NCBI GenBank assembly: GCA_034715975.1
Contig: JAYEFP010000105.1
Coordinates: 1-33,365, forward strand
Direction of reading: 5' to 3'
DNA from: Candidatus Bipolaricaulota bacterium
Lineage (GTDB): Bacteria; Bipolaricaulota; Bipolaricaulia; UBA7950; UBA9294
Length of the DNA stretch: 33,365 nucleotides
Shown here: positions 15,633 through 24,131 of the stretch, piece after piece
Position numbering within the stretch: the first letter of the stretch is position 1
Layout of the letters: each line of letters opens with the position of its first letter
Program-made: the position numbers and the translations under genes
The notes under the pieces: generated by a model
The model's database searches: none
What the model was told of the DNA's origin: nothing
The model's input: the letters and a program-made list of their open reading frames with translations, nothing else

Positions 15633-16712
15633 ATGGCGGAAGTAGCGCTTAGCAAGGTGATGAAGAAGTTTGGTGACTTTGTAGCGGTAAAGGAGATTGA
15701 CCTACAGGTGGAGGATGGAGCGTTCACGGTACTTGTAGGGCCATCGGGGTGTGGAAAGACGACGACGCTGCGGATGATCGCTGGGTTAGAAGAGGTGACA
15801 TCGGGCGAAGTGAGCATTGGTGAACGAGTAGTGAACCGAGTCCCACCGAAAGACCGTGACATTGCGATGGTCTTTCAGAACTACGCCTTGTATCCGCACA
15901 TGGACGTATACAACAACATGGCGTTTGGCCTCAAGCTACGTAAAATTCCGAAGAAGGAAATCGACCGGCGCGTGAATGCAGCGGCATCGCTTCTTGGTAT
16001 TGAAGGAAAGCTGAAGAGCAAGCCACGTGAGCTATCCGGTGGGCAGCGGCAGCGGGTGGCAGTCGGAAGAGCGATTGTTCGTGATCCGAAGGTATTCCTG
16101 TTTGACGAGCCGCTATCGAACTTGGATGCCAAGCTGCGGGTACAGATGCGTACCGAGCTTGAGCAACTACACCACAAGCTGCAGACGACGACAGTCTACG
16201 TGACGCACGATCAGATAGAGGCGATGACGCTGGGCAGCAAGATTGCCGTAATGCGTGATGGAGTGATCCATCAGTACGCATCGCCGCAGAAAACGTACGA
16301 CCATCCTTCAAATCAGTTTGTTGCTGGGTTCATTGGGAGTCCGGCGATGAACTTCCTGTCTGCGCAAGCGACTGTAGAAGGGGGAGTGGCTACTCTTACG
16401 GGAAATGGGTTCACCATCAAGCTTCCGATGAATGGGAGGATCGACAGTGTTCCCGAGCGAGTAATTGTGGGGATTCGTCCCGAGGACCTCACCGGTCCGC
16501 TGACAGAGGGCGAAAACCTCATCCAGATGACGGTCAAGGTAACGGAGCCATTAGGTAACGAGCTACTCGTGTACGCTGACTGCGGTGGTGAGCAGATCGT
16601 GGCCAACCTCGACCCGCATCAACACATCGAGATCGACTCCATAATCAAGCTCTCTCCCAATCTCGACACCATTCACCTGTTCGATCAGGAGACGGAGGAA
16701 ACCCTGCTGTAG
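15633..16712 (+). CDS. ABC transporter ATP-binding protein, MalK/UgpC/MsmX family, with C-terminal regulatory (TOBE-like) domain
   Basis: Walker A 'GPSGCGKTT', signature 'LSGGQRQRVA', Walker B 'VFLFDEPLS', H-loop 'VTHD'. GGAGGG lies 4 nt upstream of the ATG. Confidence 0.9.
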   Translation: MAEVALSKVMKKFGDFVAVKEIDLQVEDGAFTVLVGPSGCGKTTTLRMIAGLEEVTSGEVSIGERVVNRVPPKDRDIAMVFQNYALYPHMDVYNNMAFGLKLRKIPKKEIDRRVNAAASLLGIEGKLKSKPRELSGGQRQRVAVGRAIVRDPKVFLFDEPLSNLDAKLRVQMRTELEQLHHKLQTTTVYVTHDQIEAMTLGSKIAVMRDGVIHQYASPQKTYDHPSNQFVAGFIGSPAMNFLSAQATVEGGVATLTGNGFTIKLPMNGRIDSVPERVIVGIRPEDLTGPLTEGENLIQMTVKVTEPLGNELLVYADCGGEQIVANLDPHQHIEIDSIIKLSPNLDTIHLFDQETEETLL

Positions 16713-16741
16713 ACTCCCTAATAGGCTGATCAACTAACTGC

Positions 16742-17113
16742 CTATTCTTGTGCGAGGCGAACCTCGCGTGTAGCGATGAGGTTCGCTTCTGTTCCTAGTA
16801 TATTCTCTGTCAGAACCTGTCCGATCTCCACCGGTGCGTTTACTGAGAGCGTGCGTATGTGGTTCATGATCTGGCCGATTAGCCGCTTGGGAACAGGCTG
16901 ATCGGTCTTTACGGAGACGAGTGGGCGATCTCCGCCAACCAATCTCACACTCGTAGGAAGGACGCGCATTGGATCGATCGCCTCTTGGCGAGCGTACGCT
17001 TCCCCGCGCGGGCAACGGTTCCCGCTGATGCTCGTCACCACACCGTCCACCATCTTCACCCTAATCTCGCAGCCGATCGGGCAGGAGACACAGATCAGCT
17101 TCTTCTCAGTCAC
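16742..17113 (-). CDS. DUF1667-domain protein (small Cys-rich third subunit of the GlpA-like dehydrogenase set)
   Basis: 'LICVSCPIGCEIRV....GNRCPRGEAYA' is the DUF1667 pattern. Its start overlaps the upstream stop by 4 nt. Confidence 0.75.
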   Translation of the reverse strand: MTEKKLICVSCPIGCEIRVKMVDGVVTSISGNRCPRGEAYARQEAIDPMRVLPTSVRLVGGDRPLVSVKTDQPVPKRLIGQIMNHIRTLSVNAPVEIGQVLTENILGTEANLIATREVRLAQE

Positions 17114-18348
17114 GACTCGATCACCTCAACGCGTGCCTCATCGATCTTCAGTAACTTCGTTAGCGCATCCTCGGGGATGCGGATCTCGATCATCTCGCTT
17201 GGGCGCACCACCGGCTGCACGCGGGAGATGACGCTCCCGATACGTACTGTCGCTTGTCCCATCGCACGCGACGCACGCAGGTAGACGCTCGCTCGCTCCC
17301 CAAAGACGAGTGACGTGGGCACTAAATGAAGGACGTTCTTCCCACGCACAAGGCGTGTCGAGTGTTCCTGGCGCAGTTCTCCTCGCGCGTACAGAGCCGC
17401 CGATCTTCCTGCTATTTCGCCTACTGCAGCAACGGAATCAACCAGGTCGAATATAGCAACGTTGTTCCCTGCGGCAAATAACCACGGGACCTCTGTCTGC
17501 ATGAGGGAGTTAACGCGTGGACCACGATTAATCGGATCGATCGTTGTAAAGGGTGCGATAAGCTCGTTTTCCGGGATCAAGCCGATTGATAGGATCAGCG
17601 TATCTACCGCAAAGTGCCTCTCCGTTCCGGCGATCGGTTGACGAGACTCGTCCACCTGTGCCACTGTTGCACCCGTGAGGCGATTTCTTCCATGGACCTC
17701 GATGATAGTATGGCTCAACAGGAGCGGAATATCGTAGTCTTGCAGGCACTGCACGATGTTCCTCATTAGGCCTCCCGGATTGGGCTGAAGCTCGACGACC
17801 GCAGCAACTTCCATCCCCTCCAGGCGAAGCCGGCGGGCCATGATCAGCCCAATATCGCCTGAACCAAGTATCAGGGCACGCTTGCCCGGTAGAAATCCGT
17901 GAATGTTTACGAATCGTTGTGCCAGTCCGGCTGTGTAGATCCCTGCTGGACGCGGACCAGGGGCCATCAAGCTGCCGTAGGGGCGCTCGCGCGCGCCGCT
18001 CGCCCATACCACCGCCTTGGGGTGAATTCTCATCATACCTTCCGGTGTTAGCGCTTCGATCACTGGGTCGCGAGGATCGATCTCAAGGACGCTGCAATCA
18101 GAGATAACCTCGGCGTTGGCGTGTATGAGCTCCGTTACTAAGCGGTGGCCAAATTCCGGGCCGGCGAGCTCCTCGTGGTAGCGATGGAGCCCGAAACCAG
18201 TATGAATGCACTGATTGAGTACTCCTCCTACCTCTTCGTCTCGCTCCAAGAGGAGTGTTTGTGCCCCAGCTTCAGCGGCAGCAGTCGCCGCTGCAAGTCC
18301 CGCGGCACCGCCACCAATGACCAATACATCGACCGTTCTCTTCCTCAT
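17110..18348 (-). CDS. FAD/NAD(P)-binding pyridine nucleotide-disulfide oxidoreductase-family subunit
   Basis: N-terminal 'DVLVIGGGAAGLAAA' and a second dinucleotide fold 'ALILGSGDIGLIMA'. Its start overlaps the upstream stop by 4 nt. Confidence 0.75.
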   Translation of the reverse strand: MRKRTVDVLVIGGGAAGLAAATAAAEAGAQTLLLERDEEVGGVLNQCIHTGFGLHRYHEELAGPEFGHRLVTELIHANAEVISDCSVLEIDPRDPVIEALTPEGMMRIHPKAVVWASGARERPYGSLMAPGPRPAGIYTAGLAQRFVNIHGFLPGKRALILGSGDIGLIMARRLRLEGMEVAAVVELQPNPGGLMRNIVQCLQDYDIPLLLSHTIIEVHGRNRLTGATVAQVDESRQPIAGTERHFAVDTLILSIGLIPENELIAPFTTIDPINRGPRVNSLMQTEVPWLFAAGNNVAIFDLVDSVAAVGEIAGRSAALYARGELRQEHSTRLVRGKNVLHLVPTSLVFGERASVYLRASRAMGQATVRIGSVISRVQPVVRPSEMIEIRIPEDALTKLLKIDEARVEVIES

Positions 18349-19775
18349 GGCCGCACCTTTCGACCGAGAACCATGCTCGCCTCACCACGCAGGGTGACAT
18401 CGTTTGGTGAAACGCCAAGCTCCCGTGCTAGAATCAGGAGGATCTTATCGGTGCAGAAGCCACCTTGACAGCGACCAAAGCCGGCACGCGTACGAAACTT
18501 CACCCCGTCCAGCGTGTGTGCGCCGCGATGGATCGCTTCCACGATCTCCCCCTCTGTCACTTGGTTACACTGACAGACTACGCGACCATAGAGTGGATCG
18601 ACCTCGATCAGTGCGTCGCGCTCCCGGGCAGGAAGATCCAGCAATTTTCTTATGCCGCGGCGCGTCGGGTTGAACGATTCCTTCTCTACAAGATTGAGAT
18701 CGTGCGCCATGATGTCGCGAGCGAGGAATCGTGCGACCGAAGGCGCCGCCGTCAATCCGGGTGAACGCATTCCCGCAGCCTGGAAGAAGCCATTGATCGC
18801 GGTCCTGCCGACCACGAACTTCCTATCCGCGGTCTCGGGCCGTAGGCCGGCGAAGGTCTTTACGACGAGCGACAGGTTGAGCTCTGGCACAAGCCGCCTT
18901 GCCCCATCGATCGCCTCGTGTAAGCCATCATGGGTTGTCTCAGTCGCTTCCTTCTCTTCAGCATCGAGGTCTTCCGCCGTCGGCCCCAGGAGGATTCCGC
19001 CGTCTATCGTGGGAACGACCAGCGTGCCCTTGGACATCTCATTTGGGGTGGGAAAGACCACCGAGGAAACGAGCGGACCAACCTTCTTGTCGAGCAGGAG
19101 GTACTCGCCGCGACGGGGAAAGAGAACTGGCTCGGAGAGACCAACCATCTCTGCAATACGATCGGCAAACAGGCCGGCGGCATTCACAACGGCGTCGACT
19201 TCATACTCCCCCCGTTGAGTGATGATCCTCTTTACTCGACCATCCTTTACATCGATAGATACAACTTCTTCATCAACATGAAGATCGAGACCGTTGGCTG
19301 CCGCGTTCTCCACCGCGGCGATGGCCAGGCTCCATGGCTCAGTTATTCCCACGCTTGGTGACCACAAACCGGCAACCACACTTGGATTGAGTTTTGGCTC
19401 ATGGGCAAGGACCGTCTCTCTGTCGTGCATCTCAAGGCCGGAAACGCCGTTCTTGATCCCTTGTTCGTAGAGCTCCTGCAATGCAGGTAGCTCGTCATCG
19501 GATAGGGCAACAACGTAAGCCCCGATGCGCCTGAACGGAACGTCCAACTCACGTGAAATCTTCTCGTAAAGGCCGTTACCCTCAACGCAAAATCTGGCGC
19601 GATCTGTCCCGGGGACTTCGTGGAATCCCCCGTGGACGATGGCGGAGTTTGCCTTGGTCACGCCCCAACCAATGTCCGCTTCCTTCTCAAACAGGAGGAC
19701 ATCGGCATCGTAGCGGGTCAATTCACGCGCGATCAGCGATCCGACAATCCCTGCCCCAATGACGGCAAGTTTCAT
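18345..19775 (-). CDS. FAD-dependent glycerol-3-phosphate dehydrogenase-like oxidoreductase with C-terminal BFD-like [2Fe-2S] domain
   Basis: 'KLAVIGAGIVGS' (DAO-type FAD fold). C-terminal 'CQCNQVTEGEIVEAI...GRCQGGFC' is a BFD-like cluster motif. ATG 19775 forms an ATGA overlap with the glpK stop. Confidence 0.75.
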   Translation of the reverse strand: MKLAVIGAGIVGSLIARELTRYDADVLLFEKEADIGWGVTKANSAIVHGGFHEVPGTDRARFCVEGNGLYEKISRELDVPFRRIGAYVVALSDDELPALQELYEQGIKNGVSGLEMHDRETVLAHEPKLNPSVVAGLWSPSVGITEPWSLAIAAVENAAANGLDLHVDEEVVSIDVKDGRVKRIITQRGEYEVDAVVNAAGLFADRIAEMVGLSEPVLFPRRGEYLLLDKKVGPLVSSVVFPTPNEMSKGTLVVPTIDGGILLGPTAEDLDAEEKEATETTHDGLHEAIDGARRLVPELNLSLVVKTFAGLRPETADRKFVVGRTAINGFFQAAGMRSPGLTAAPSVARFLARDIMAHDLNLVEKESFNPTRRGIRKLLDLPARERDALIEVDPLYGRVVCQCNQVTEGEIVEAIHRGAHTLDGVKFRTRAGFGRCQGGFCTDKILLILARELGVSPNDVTLRGEASMVLGRKVRP

Positions 19776-21259
19776 CTCTGCCAGTCCTTTGCTCGTTCGA
19801 CAGCGCGCGCCCATTGAGAGAGGAGGCGCTCGCGTTCGTCGTTGCCCATCTTTGGCGTGAATCGTGTCTCGGAATGAGGGAGATCAAGAATCTCATCGCA
19901 CCGCCTCCAGAACCCAACCGTCAGTCCCGCGGCAAACGCCGCGCCGCGAGCCGTCATCTCTAGCTCCTCGGGGCGGATGACGGGTATCCCGAGGATGTCT
20001 GCTTGAAACTGACAGAGAAAGGCGTTCCTTGCCGCTCCTCCGTCCACGTGCAGCTCTTCGAGCGGGAGACCGAGATCGTCCTCCGTCGCGCGCACGATGT
20101 CGTGAGTCTGATAAGCGATCGCTTCTAGAGTAGCACGCACAATGTGCTCCCGCCGGGTCCCGCGCGTGATCCCAACGATCGTCCCGCGTGCACGTGGGTC
20201 CCAGTACGGTGCGCCGAGCCCGGTGAGGGCGGGGACGAAGTATACGCCGTTGGTCGATCCTACACTACAAGCTAGCTCATCCGACTGCGCCGCATCGTCT
20301 ATGATCCGCAAGCCGTCGCGTAGCCACTGAATCGCCGCCCCAGCGACAAAGACCGACCCCTCTAACCCATAGTTGCTTTCCTCATCGCTGCTGTAAAAGA
20401 CAGTTGCCAGGAGGCGATGCGCGCTCTTGGCGGGGCTGCTCCCTGTATTGCTCAGAAGAAAAGCCCCCGTCCCCCAGGTGACCTTCGTTGAACCCTTAGC
20501 AAAACCGGCGTGGCCGAACAGGGCGGCCTGCTGGTCACCGAGCACTCCTGTGATCGGAACAGCACGTCCGATGATCTCTTCCTTGATGCGGGCAAATACT
20601 GATAAGCTCGGTCTCACCTGCGGCAGGCACTGCTTGGGGATGGAGAAGATTCCGGTCAATTCATCGTCCCAAGAAAGGGTTTGTATGTTGAACAGCAGGG
20701 TACGCGAGGCGTTGCTTGCATCGCTCATATGCTCCCCGGTTAGTTTCCACAGAAGCCATGTATCGGGGGTGCCGAACAGGATTTCGCCCCTCTTGGCGCG
20801 CTCACGTGCCCGCGGAACGTGCTCCAAGATCCAGGCCACTTTCGTCGCCGAAAAATACGGATCGAGGGCAAGCCCGGTCCGCGTGCGCACCTCGTCTTCT
20901 ACTCCTTCATCACGCAGGCACGTACAGATCTCTGCCGTACGGCGATCCTGCCAAACAATCGCCGGATATACTGACTCCCCTGTCGCGCGTTCCCACACGA
21001 TGGTTGTCTCACGCTGGTTGGTCAAGCCAAAGGAGACAATGTCGTCAGCCGAGAGGCTCCCTTTGGAAAGGGCTTCACGCATTACAGCCACAGCCACTTC
21101 GAAGATCTCGTCTGGGTCTTGTTCGACCCACCCCGGCTGCGGGTAGGACAGGGAAAGCTCGCGGTAGGAAGAGGAGAGAGGCACACCGGAGCGATCGAAG
21201 ATAACGCACCTCACCCCAGACGTCCCCAGATCGATCGCTCCAATGTACTGCTCTGCCAT
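19772..21259 (-). CDS. glpK: Glycerol kinase
   Basis: 'YIGAIDLGTSGVRCVIFD', 'NQRETTIVWE', 'FGTPDTWLLWKLTG', 'DQQAALFG', 'GTGAF', 'HVDGGA' are FGGY/GlpK motifs. Start placed at ATG 21259 (MAEQY...). Confidence 0.93.
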   Translation of the reverse strand: MAEQYIGAIDLGTSGVRCVIFDRSGVPLSSSYRELSLSYPQPGWVEQDPDEIFEVAVAVMREALSKGSLSADDIVSFGLTNQRETTIVWERATGESVYPAIVWQDRRTAEICTCLRDEGVEDEVRTRTGLALDPYFSATKVAWILEHVPRARERAKRGEILFGTPDTWLLWKLTGEHMSDASNASRTLLFNIQTLSWDDELTGIFSIPKQCLPQVRPSLSVFARIKEEIIGRAVPITGVLGDQQAALFGHAGFAKGSTKVTWGTGAFLLSNTGSSPAKSAHRLLATVFYSSDEESNYGLEGSVFVAGAAIQWLRDGLRIIDDAAQSDELACSVGSTNGVYFVPALTGLGAPYWDPRARGTIVGITRGTRREHIVRATLEAIAYQTHDIVRATEDDLGLPLEELHVDGGAARNAFLCQFQADILGIPVIRPEELEMTARGAAFAAGLTVGFWRRCDEILDLPHSETRFTPKMGNDERERLLSQWARAVERAKDWQR

Positions 21260-21308
21260 CGTGCCCCCTATCCCTTTCTTGCGATTATTTGCCTTTATTT
21301 GCGAAACA

Positions 21309-21337
21309 ATAATACGCAAGGGATCTCTTCAAGTCAA
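21309..21337 (-). promoter_or_regulatory. Candidate sigma70-type promoter of glpK
   Basis: On the minus strand: TTGACT (21337-21332), 17-nt spacer, TATTAT (21314-21309), about 50 nt upstream of the glpK ATG. Embedded in an imperfect palindrome (see findings). Confidence 0.45.
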
Positions 21338-21357
21338 TAGGCGGCGCGCCCTCTCTC

Positions 21358-22464
21358 CTAGAACGGGAAGTTATAGCTGTCTAGCCCCAACTCCTTCTGC
21401 ATTATGAGAAGATTGTTCTGAAGGTTCGGATTGATCGGGACCCCTTGTTCACGGATCTCCTTCTCTTTCAACCACTCCTTCTCACCAGCGGTGTAGATCC
21501 GCTCAGACCCCGGTATCTTCGTTGAGTTGCGCAGAGAGCGCAGGATATCGCCCGTCGTTTTCTTGAACTGATCGAGCGGGACGAAGTGTTCGATGTCGAT
21601 CGCCATGAAGAAATGGCCCAGGCGATGCGGGCGCGGGCTCCCGTCGGGATTGAACCCACTGAGAGCACGGAGGAACATGCCTCCCTGCAGAGAGGCGGAC
21701 AGGATCTCCACCATCGTCGCCAGGTCATATCCCTTGTGTCCACCCATCGTCTCCCCGATGCCGCCAAGGGGGACGAAGGCGTTCTCCTTCTTCTTGAGGC
21801 CGGCGAGGATCGCCACCGTGTCAGTGGCTGTCTTCCCCTCGCGGTCGATCACCCAGCCGGCCGGGGTTGGCGTCTCCGCACGATCGAGGACCTCGATCTT
21901 TCCCCTCTGCGTAATCGAAGTCGCAGCGTCGTATAGGAATGGAAACTCCTCATCACTCGGGGCACCAAAGGCGATCGGGTTCGTTCCCAGCAGCGGATCC
22001 ACTCCGAATGTTGGGGCCATCGAAGGACGGGCGTTGGTGAACGCCATCCCTATCATCCCCTGCTCGACCGCCATCAGTGGGTAATAGCCGTCGATTCCAA
22101 AGTGTGTCGACTCGCGCACGGCAGCCGAGCCCATCCCGTACTTCCTCGCCTTGTCGATCACCATCTGCATCGCGCGCACGGAGATAACGTGTCCCATTCC
22201 ATTGTGGCCATCAATGAGGGCGGTCGTTTCCGTCTCCTTCACGACCTCAAACTCAGTGGTCGGGGAGAGGATCCCCTGCTTGACTCGATCGTAGTACATC
22301 TTTAGTCGTCCCACGCCGTGTGACTCAATTCCGCGTAAGTCCGAGGTGATCAGAACCTGAGCGCACGTCTTTGCCTCATCCTGAGGTACGCCCAATGCGG
22401 TGAAAACGTCAATCGCAAAGTTGTGAATGGTCTCTACTGGTACACGCACTGTGTCATTTGCCAT
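21358..22464 (-). CDS. Ldh_2 (malate/L-lactate dehydrogenase type 2) family oxidoreductase
   Basis: 'TSDLRGIESHGVGRL', 'HFG', 'GGHKGYDLA' fit the Ldh_2 family, which includes sulfolactate, ureidoglycolate and 2,3-diketogulonate dehydrogenases. ATG 22464 lies 6 nt after GGGAGG. Confidence 0.75.
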   Translation of the reverse strand: MANDTVRVPVETIHNFAIDVFTALGVPQDEAKTCAQVLITSDLRGIESHGVGRLKMYYDRVKQGILSPTTEFEVVKETETTALIDGHNGMGHVISVRAMQMVIDKARKYGMGSAAVRESTHFGIDGYYPLMAVEQGMIGMAFTNARPSMAPTFGVDPLLGTNPIAFGAPSDEEFPFLYDAATSITQRGKIEVLDRAETPTPAGWVIDREGKTATDTVAILAGLKKKENAFVPLGGIGETMGGHKGYDLATMVEILSASLQGGMFLRALSGFNPDGSPRPHRLGHFFMAIDIEHFVPLDQFKKTTGDILRSLRNSTKIPGSERIYTAGEKEWLKEKEIREQGVPINPNLQNNLLIMQKELGLDSYNFPF

Positions 22465-22494
22465 ATATGCCTCCCTTAGGTACAATATCTTAGT

Positions 22495-23280
22495 TTAGTT
22501 TAGTTTTGCATCGAGTTCAGCGAGGGCTGCAATACTCTCGATCACATAGTTCGGTTCTACCTTCGAAACTGCCAGATCGGCGCGCGATGTAACCCCGCTC
22601 AACGTGAGGATACCGGTCAACCCAGCGTCTCTTGCCATTCGCATATCGGTCTCCAAGCGGTCGCCGATCATCGCGCACTCCTCACGAGTTACTCCAAGCC
22701 GGTCGATGGCCACGTCCACGGTGTGTCGTGATGGCTTCCCTACCACCACCTCGACCTTCTTCCCGGTTGTCGCTTCAAGTGCAGCAATTACGCCGGCTGC
22801 ATCGGGTATCTCTCCCTGCTCTACCGGGCAGGTGCGATCCGGATTAGTCGCTACGAAGTGCGAACCACGACGGATCGCCTGGAAGCCGATGTTCAGCTTC
22901 TCGTAGGTGAATGTACGGTCGAAGGCGGCAATCACATACTCTATCTTCTCCGGGTCATCACACAGGGCCAACCCCGCGCGCTCTAACTCAGCGAGCAGCG
23001 GAGGCTCTCCAATCGCGTACACGTGCGCGCCAGGGGCTGACTCGGCCAAGTACCTAGCCAAGACAAAGGATGAGTTGATCACCTCGTCCTCGCTCGTCTC
23101 TATTCCAAGCCTCGTCAGCTTGTGGGCGTAATCGGCGCGCGAATAGAGCGGCTTGTTAGTCAGGAAGACTAACCTGCGTCCGCGCTTACGCAACGCCGCG
23201 ATCGTCTCTGTCGCCCCGGTGATCAGCCGTTCGCCAAGGTACACGGTACCGTCAAGGTCAAGCAGATATCCATTTATCAT
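22495..23280 (-). CDS. HAD-superfamily subfamily IIA (NagD-like) phosphatase, copy 1
   Basis: Motif I 'LLDLDGTV', 'LTNK', 'GKP', 'IGDRLETD'. Start placed at ATG 23280 (MINGYLLDLDG), 2 nt after the upstream stop. Confidence 0.8.
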   Translation of the reverse strand: MINGYLLDLDGTVYLGERLITGATETIAALRKRGRRLVFLTNKPLYSRADYAHKLTRLGIETSEDEVINSSFVLARYLAESAPGAHVYAIGEPPLLAELERAGLALCDDPEKIEYVIAAFDRTFTYEKLNIGFQAIRRGSHFVATNPDRTCPVEQGEIPDAAGVIAALEATTGKKVEVVVGKPSRHTVDVAIDRLGVTREECAMIGDRLETDMRMARDAGLTGILTLSGVTSRADLAVSKVEPNYVIESIAALAELDAKLN

Positions 23281-23282
23281 AG

Positions 23283-24131
23283 CTATTTCTGTGCTTGCAT
23301 GGCGATCCCTTTTGTAAAGCTTTTCCTGAACAGTATCAGGATAAGGAGAGGCGGGAGCATAGCGATGATCGCGCCGGCCATGATGACGTTCCACTCAGGG
23401 GCGATCTGCTCGCTCGCAAGGAGCATCTTAACGCCGATCTGAACCACGCGCATTTCACCCGTAGTGGTGACGATCAACGGCCACAGGTACTGGCTCCACA
23501 TGAAGATGAACTCGATGACGAACAGGGCGGCGATGTTCGTTTTGGAGATCGGGACCAGAATCTGCAGGAAGTAGCGCATTGGGCTTGCCCCATCAACTCG
23601 GGCTGCATCCGGTAGATCCCTTGGCACCGTCATGAAGAACTGACGGAAGAGGAGGATGCCCGTCGTGCTGGCGAAGAAAGGGATGGTCAGGGCGTAGTAC
23701 GAGTTGATCCAATCGAATGTCGCCATCAACTGGAAGGTCGGAACGATGCGCACCGGGAGCGGGAGCATCTGGGTTATCATGGTCATGGGGAAGAGCAACG
23801 ATCGTCCGCGAAACTTGAAGTGCGTGTAGGCAAAAGCTGCCATCAACGCGAGGATGATCTTTGCTATTGCGACCACGATAGAGATGAACGAGGTGTTAAG
23901 CATGAGACGACCCATGTTGATCCGGTTCCAAGCGACGGCGGCGTTGGCGAAGAAGTGGGTGCTAGGAATGAGTCGCGGTGGATACCCGTAGGACTGCTGA
24001 AAGTTCAGGGTGCTAGTGATGAGGGCAAAGATGACAGGAAACGTAATAACGATGACAAGCAGGATTAAGAGACCATGAATGAGGAACTTGTATCGGGTTT
24101 TTCTCGACAAACGAATCACCTCAGCGTGCAT
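23283..24131 (-). CDS. ABC carbohydrate/glycerophosphoryl-type permease, UgpE-like, locus 1
   Basis: EAA-loop 'DAARVDGASPMRYFLQILVP'. Start ATG 24131 gives the same 11-nt overlap with the upstream permease gene as in locus 2. An alternative GTG is at 24119. Confidence 0.8.
   Translation of the reverse strand: MHAEVIRLSRKTRYKFLIHGLLILLVIVITFPVIFALITSTLNFQQSYGYPPRLIPSTHFFANAAVAWNRINMGRLMLNTSFISIVVAIAKIILALMAAFAYTHFKFRGRSLLFPMTMITQMLPLPVRIVPTFQLMATFDWINSYYALTIPFFASTTGILLFRQFFMTVPRDLPDAARVDGASPMRYFLQILVPISKTNIAALFVIEFIFMWSQYLWPLIVTTTGEMRVVQIGVKMLLASEQIAPEWNVIMAGAIIAMLPPLLILILFRKSFTKGIAMQAQK

Noticed and set aside
16720-16746. Possible bidirectional terminator between the convergent ATPase and DUF1667 genes (AATAGGC ... 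GCCTATT, 13-nt loop).
   Set aside because: The stem is only 7 bp and AT-rich, the loop is large, there is no flanking T-tract, and one arm overlaps the DUF1667 stop codon.
20427-21146. Long antisense ORFs opposite well-recognised genes. Examples: 239 aa at 20427-21146 (+) inside glpK, 188 aa at 18652-19218 (+), 200 aa at 11711-12313 (-), 181 aa at 12706-13251 (-), 169 aa at 8571-9080 (-), 169 aa at 7143-7652 (+).
   Set aside because: The opposite strand encodes proteins with unmistakable family motifs. The antisense products are Arg/Ser/Pro-rich and low-complexity, as expected from stop-poor frames in GC-rich DNA. None has a convincing RBS.
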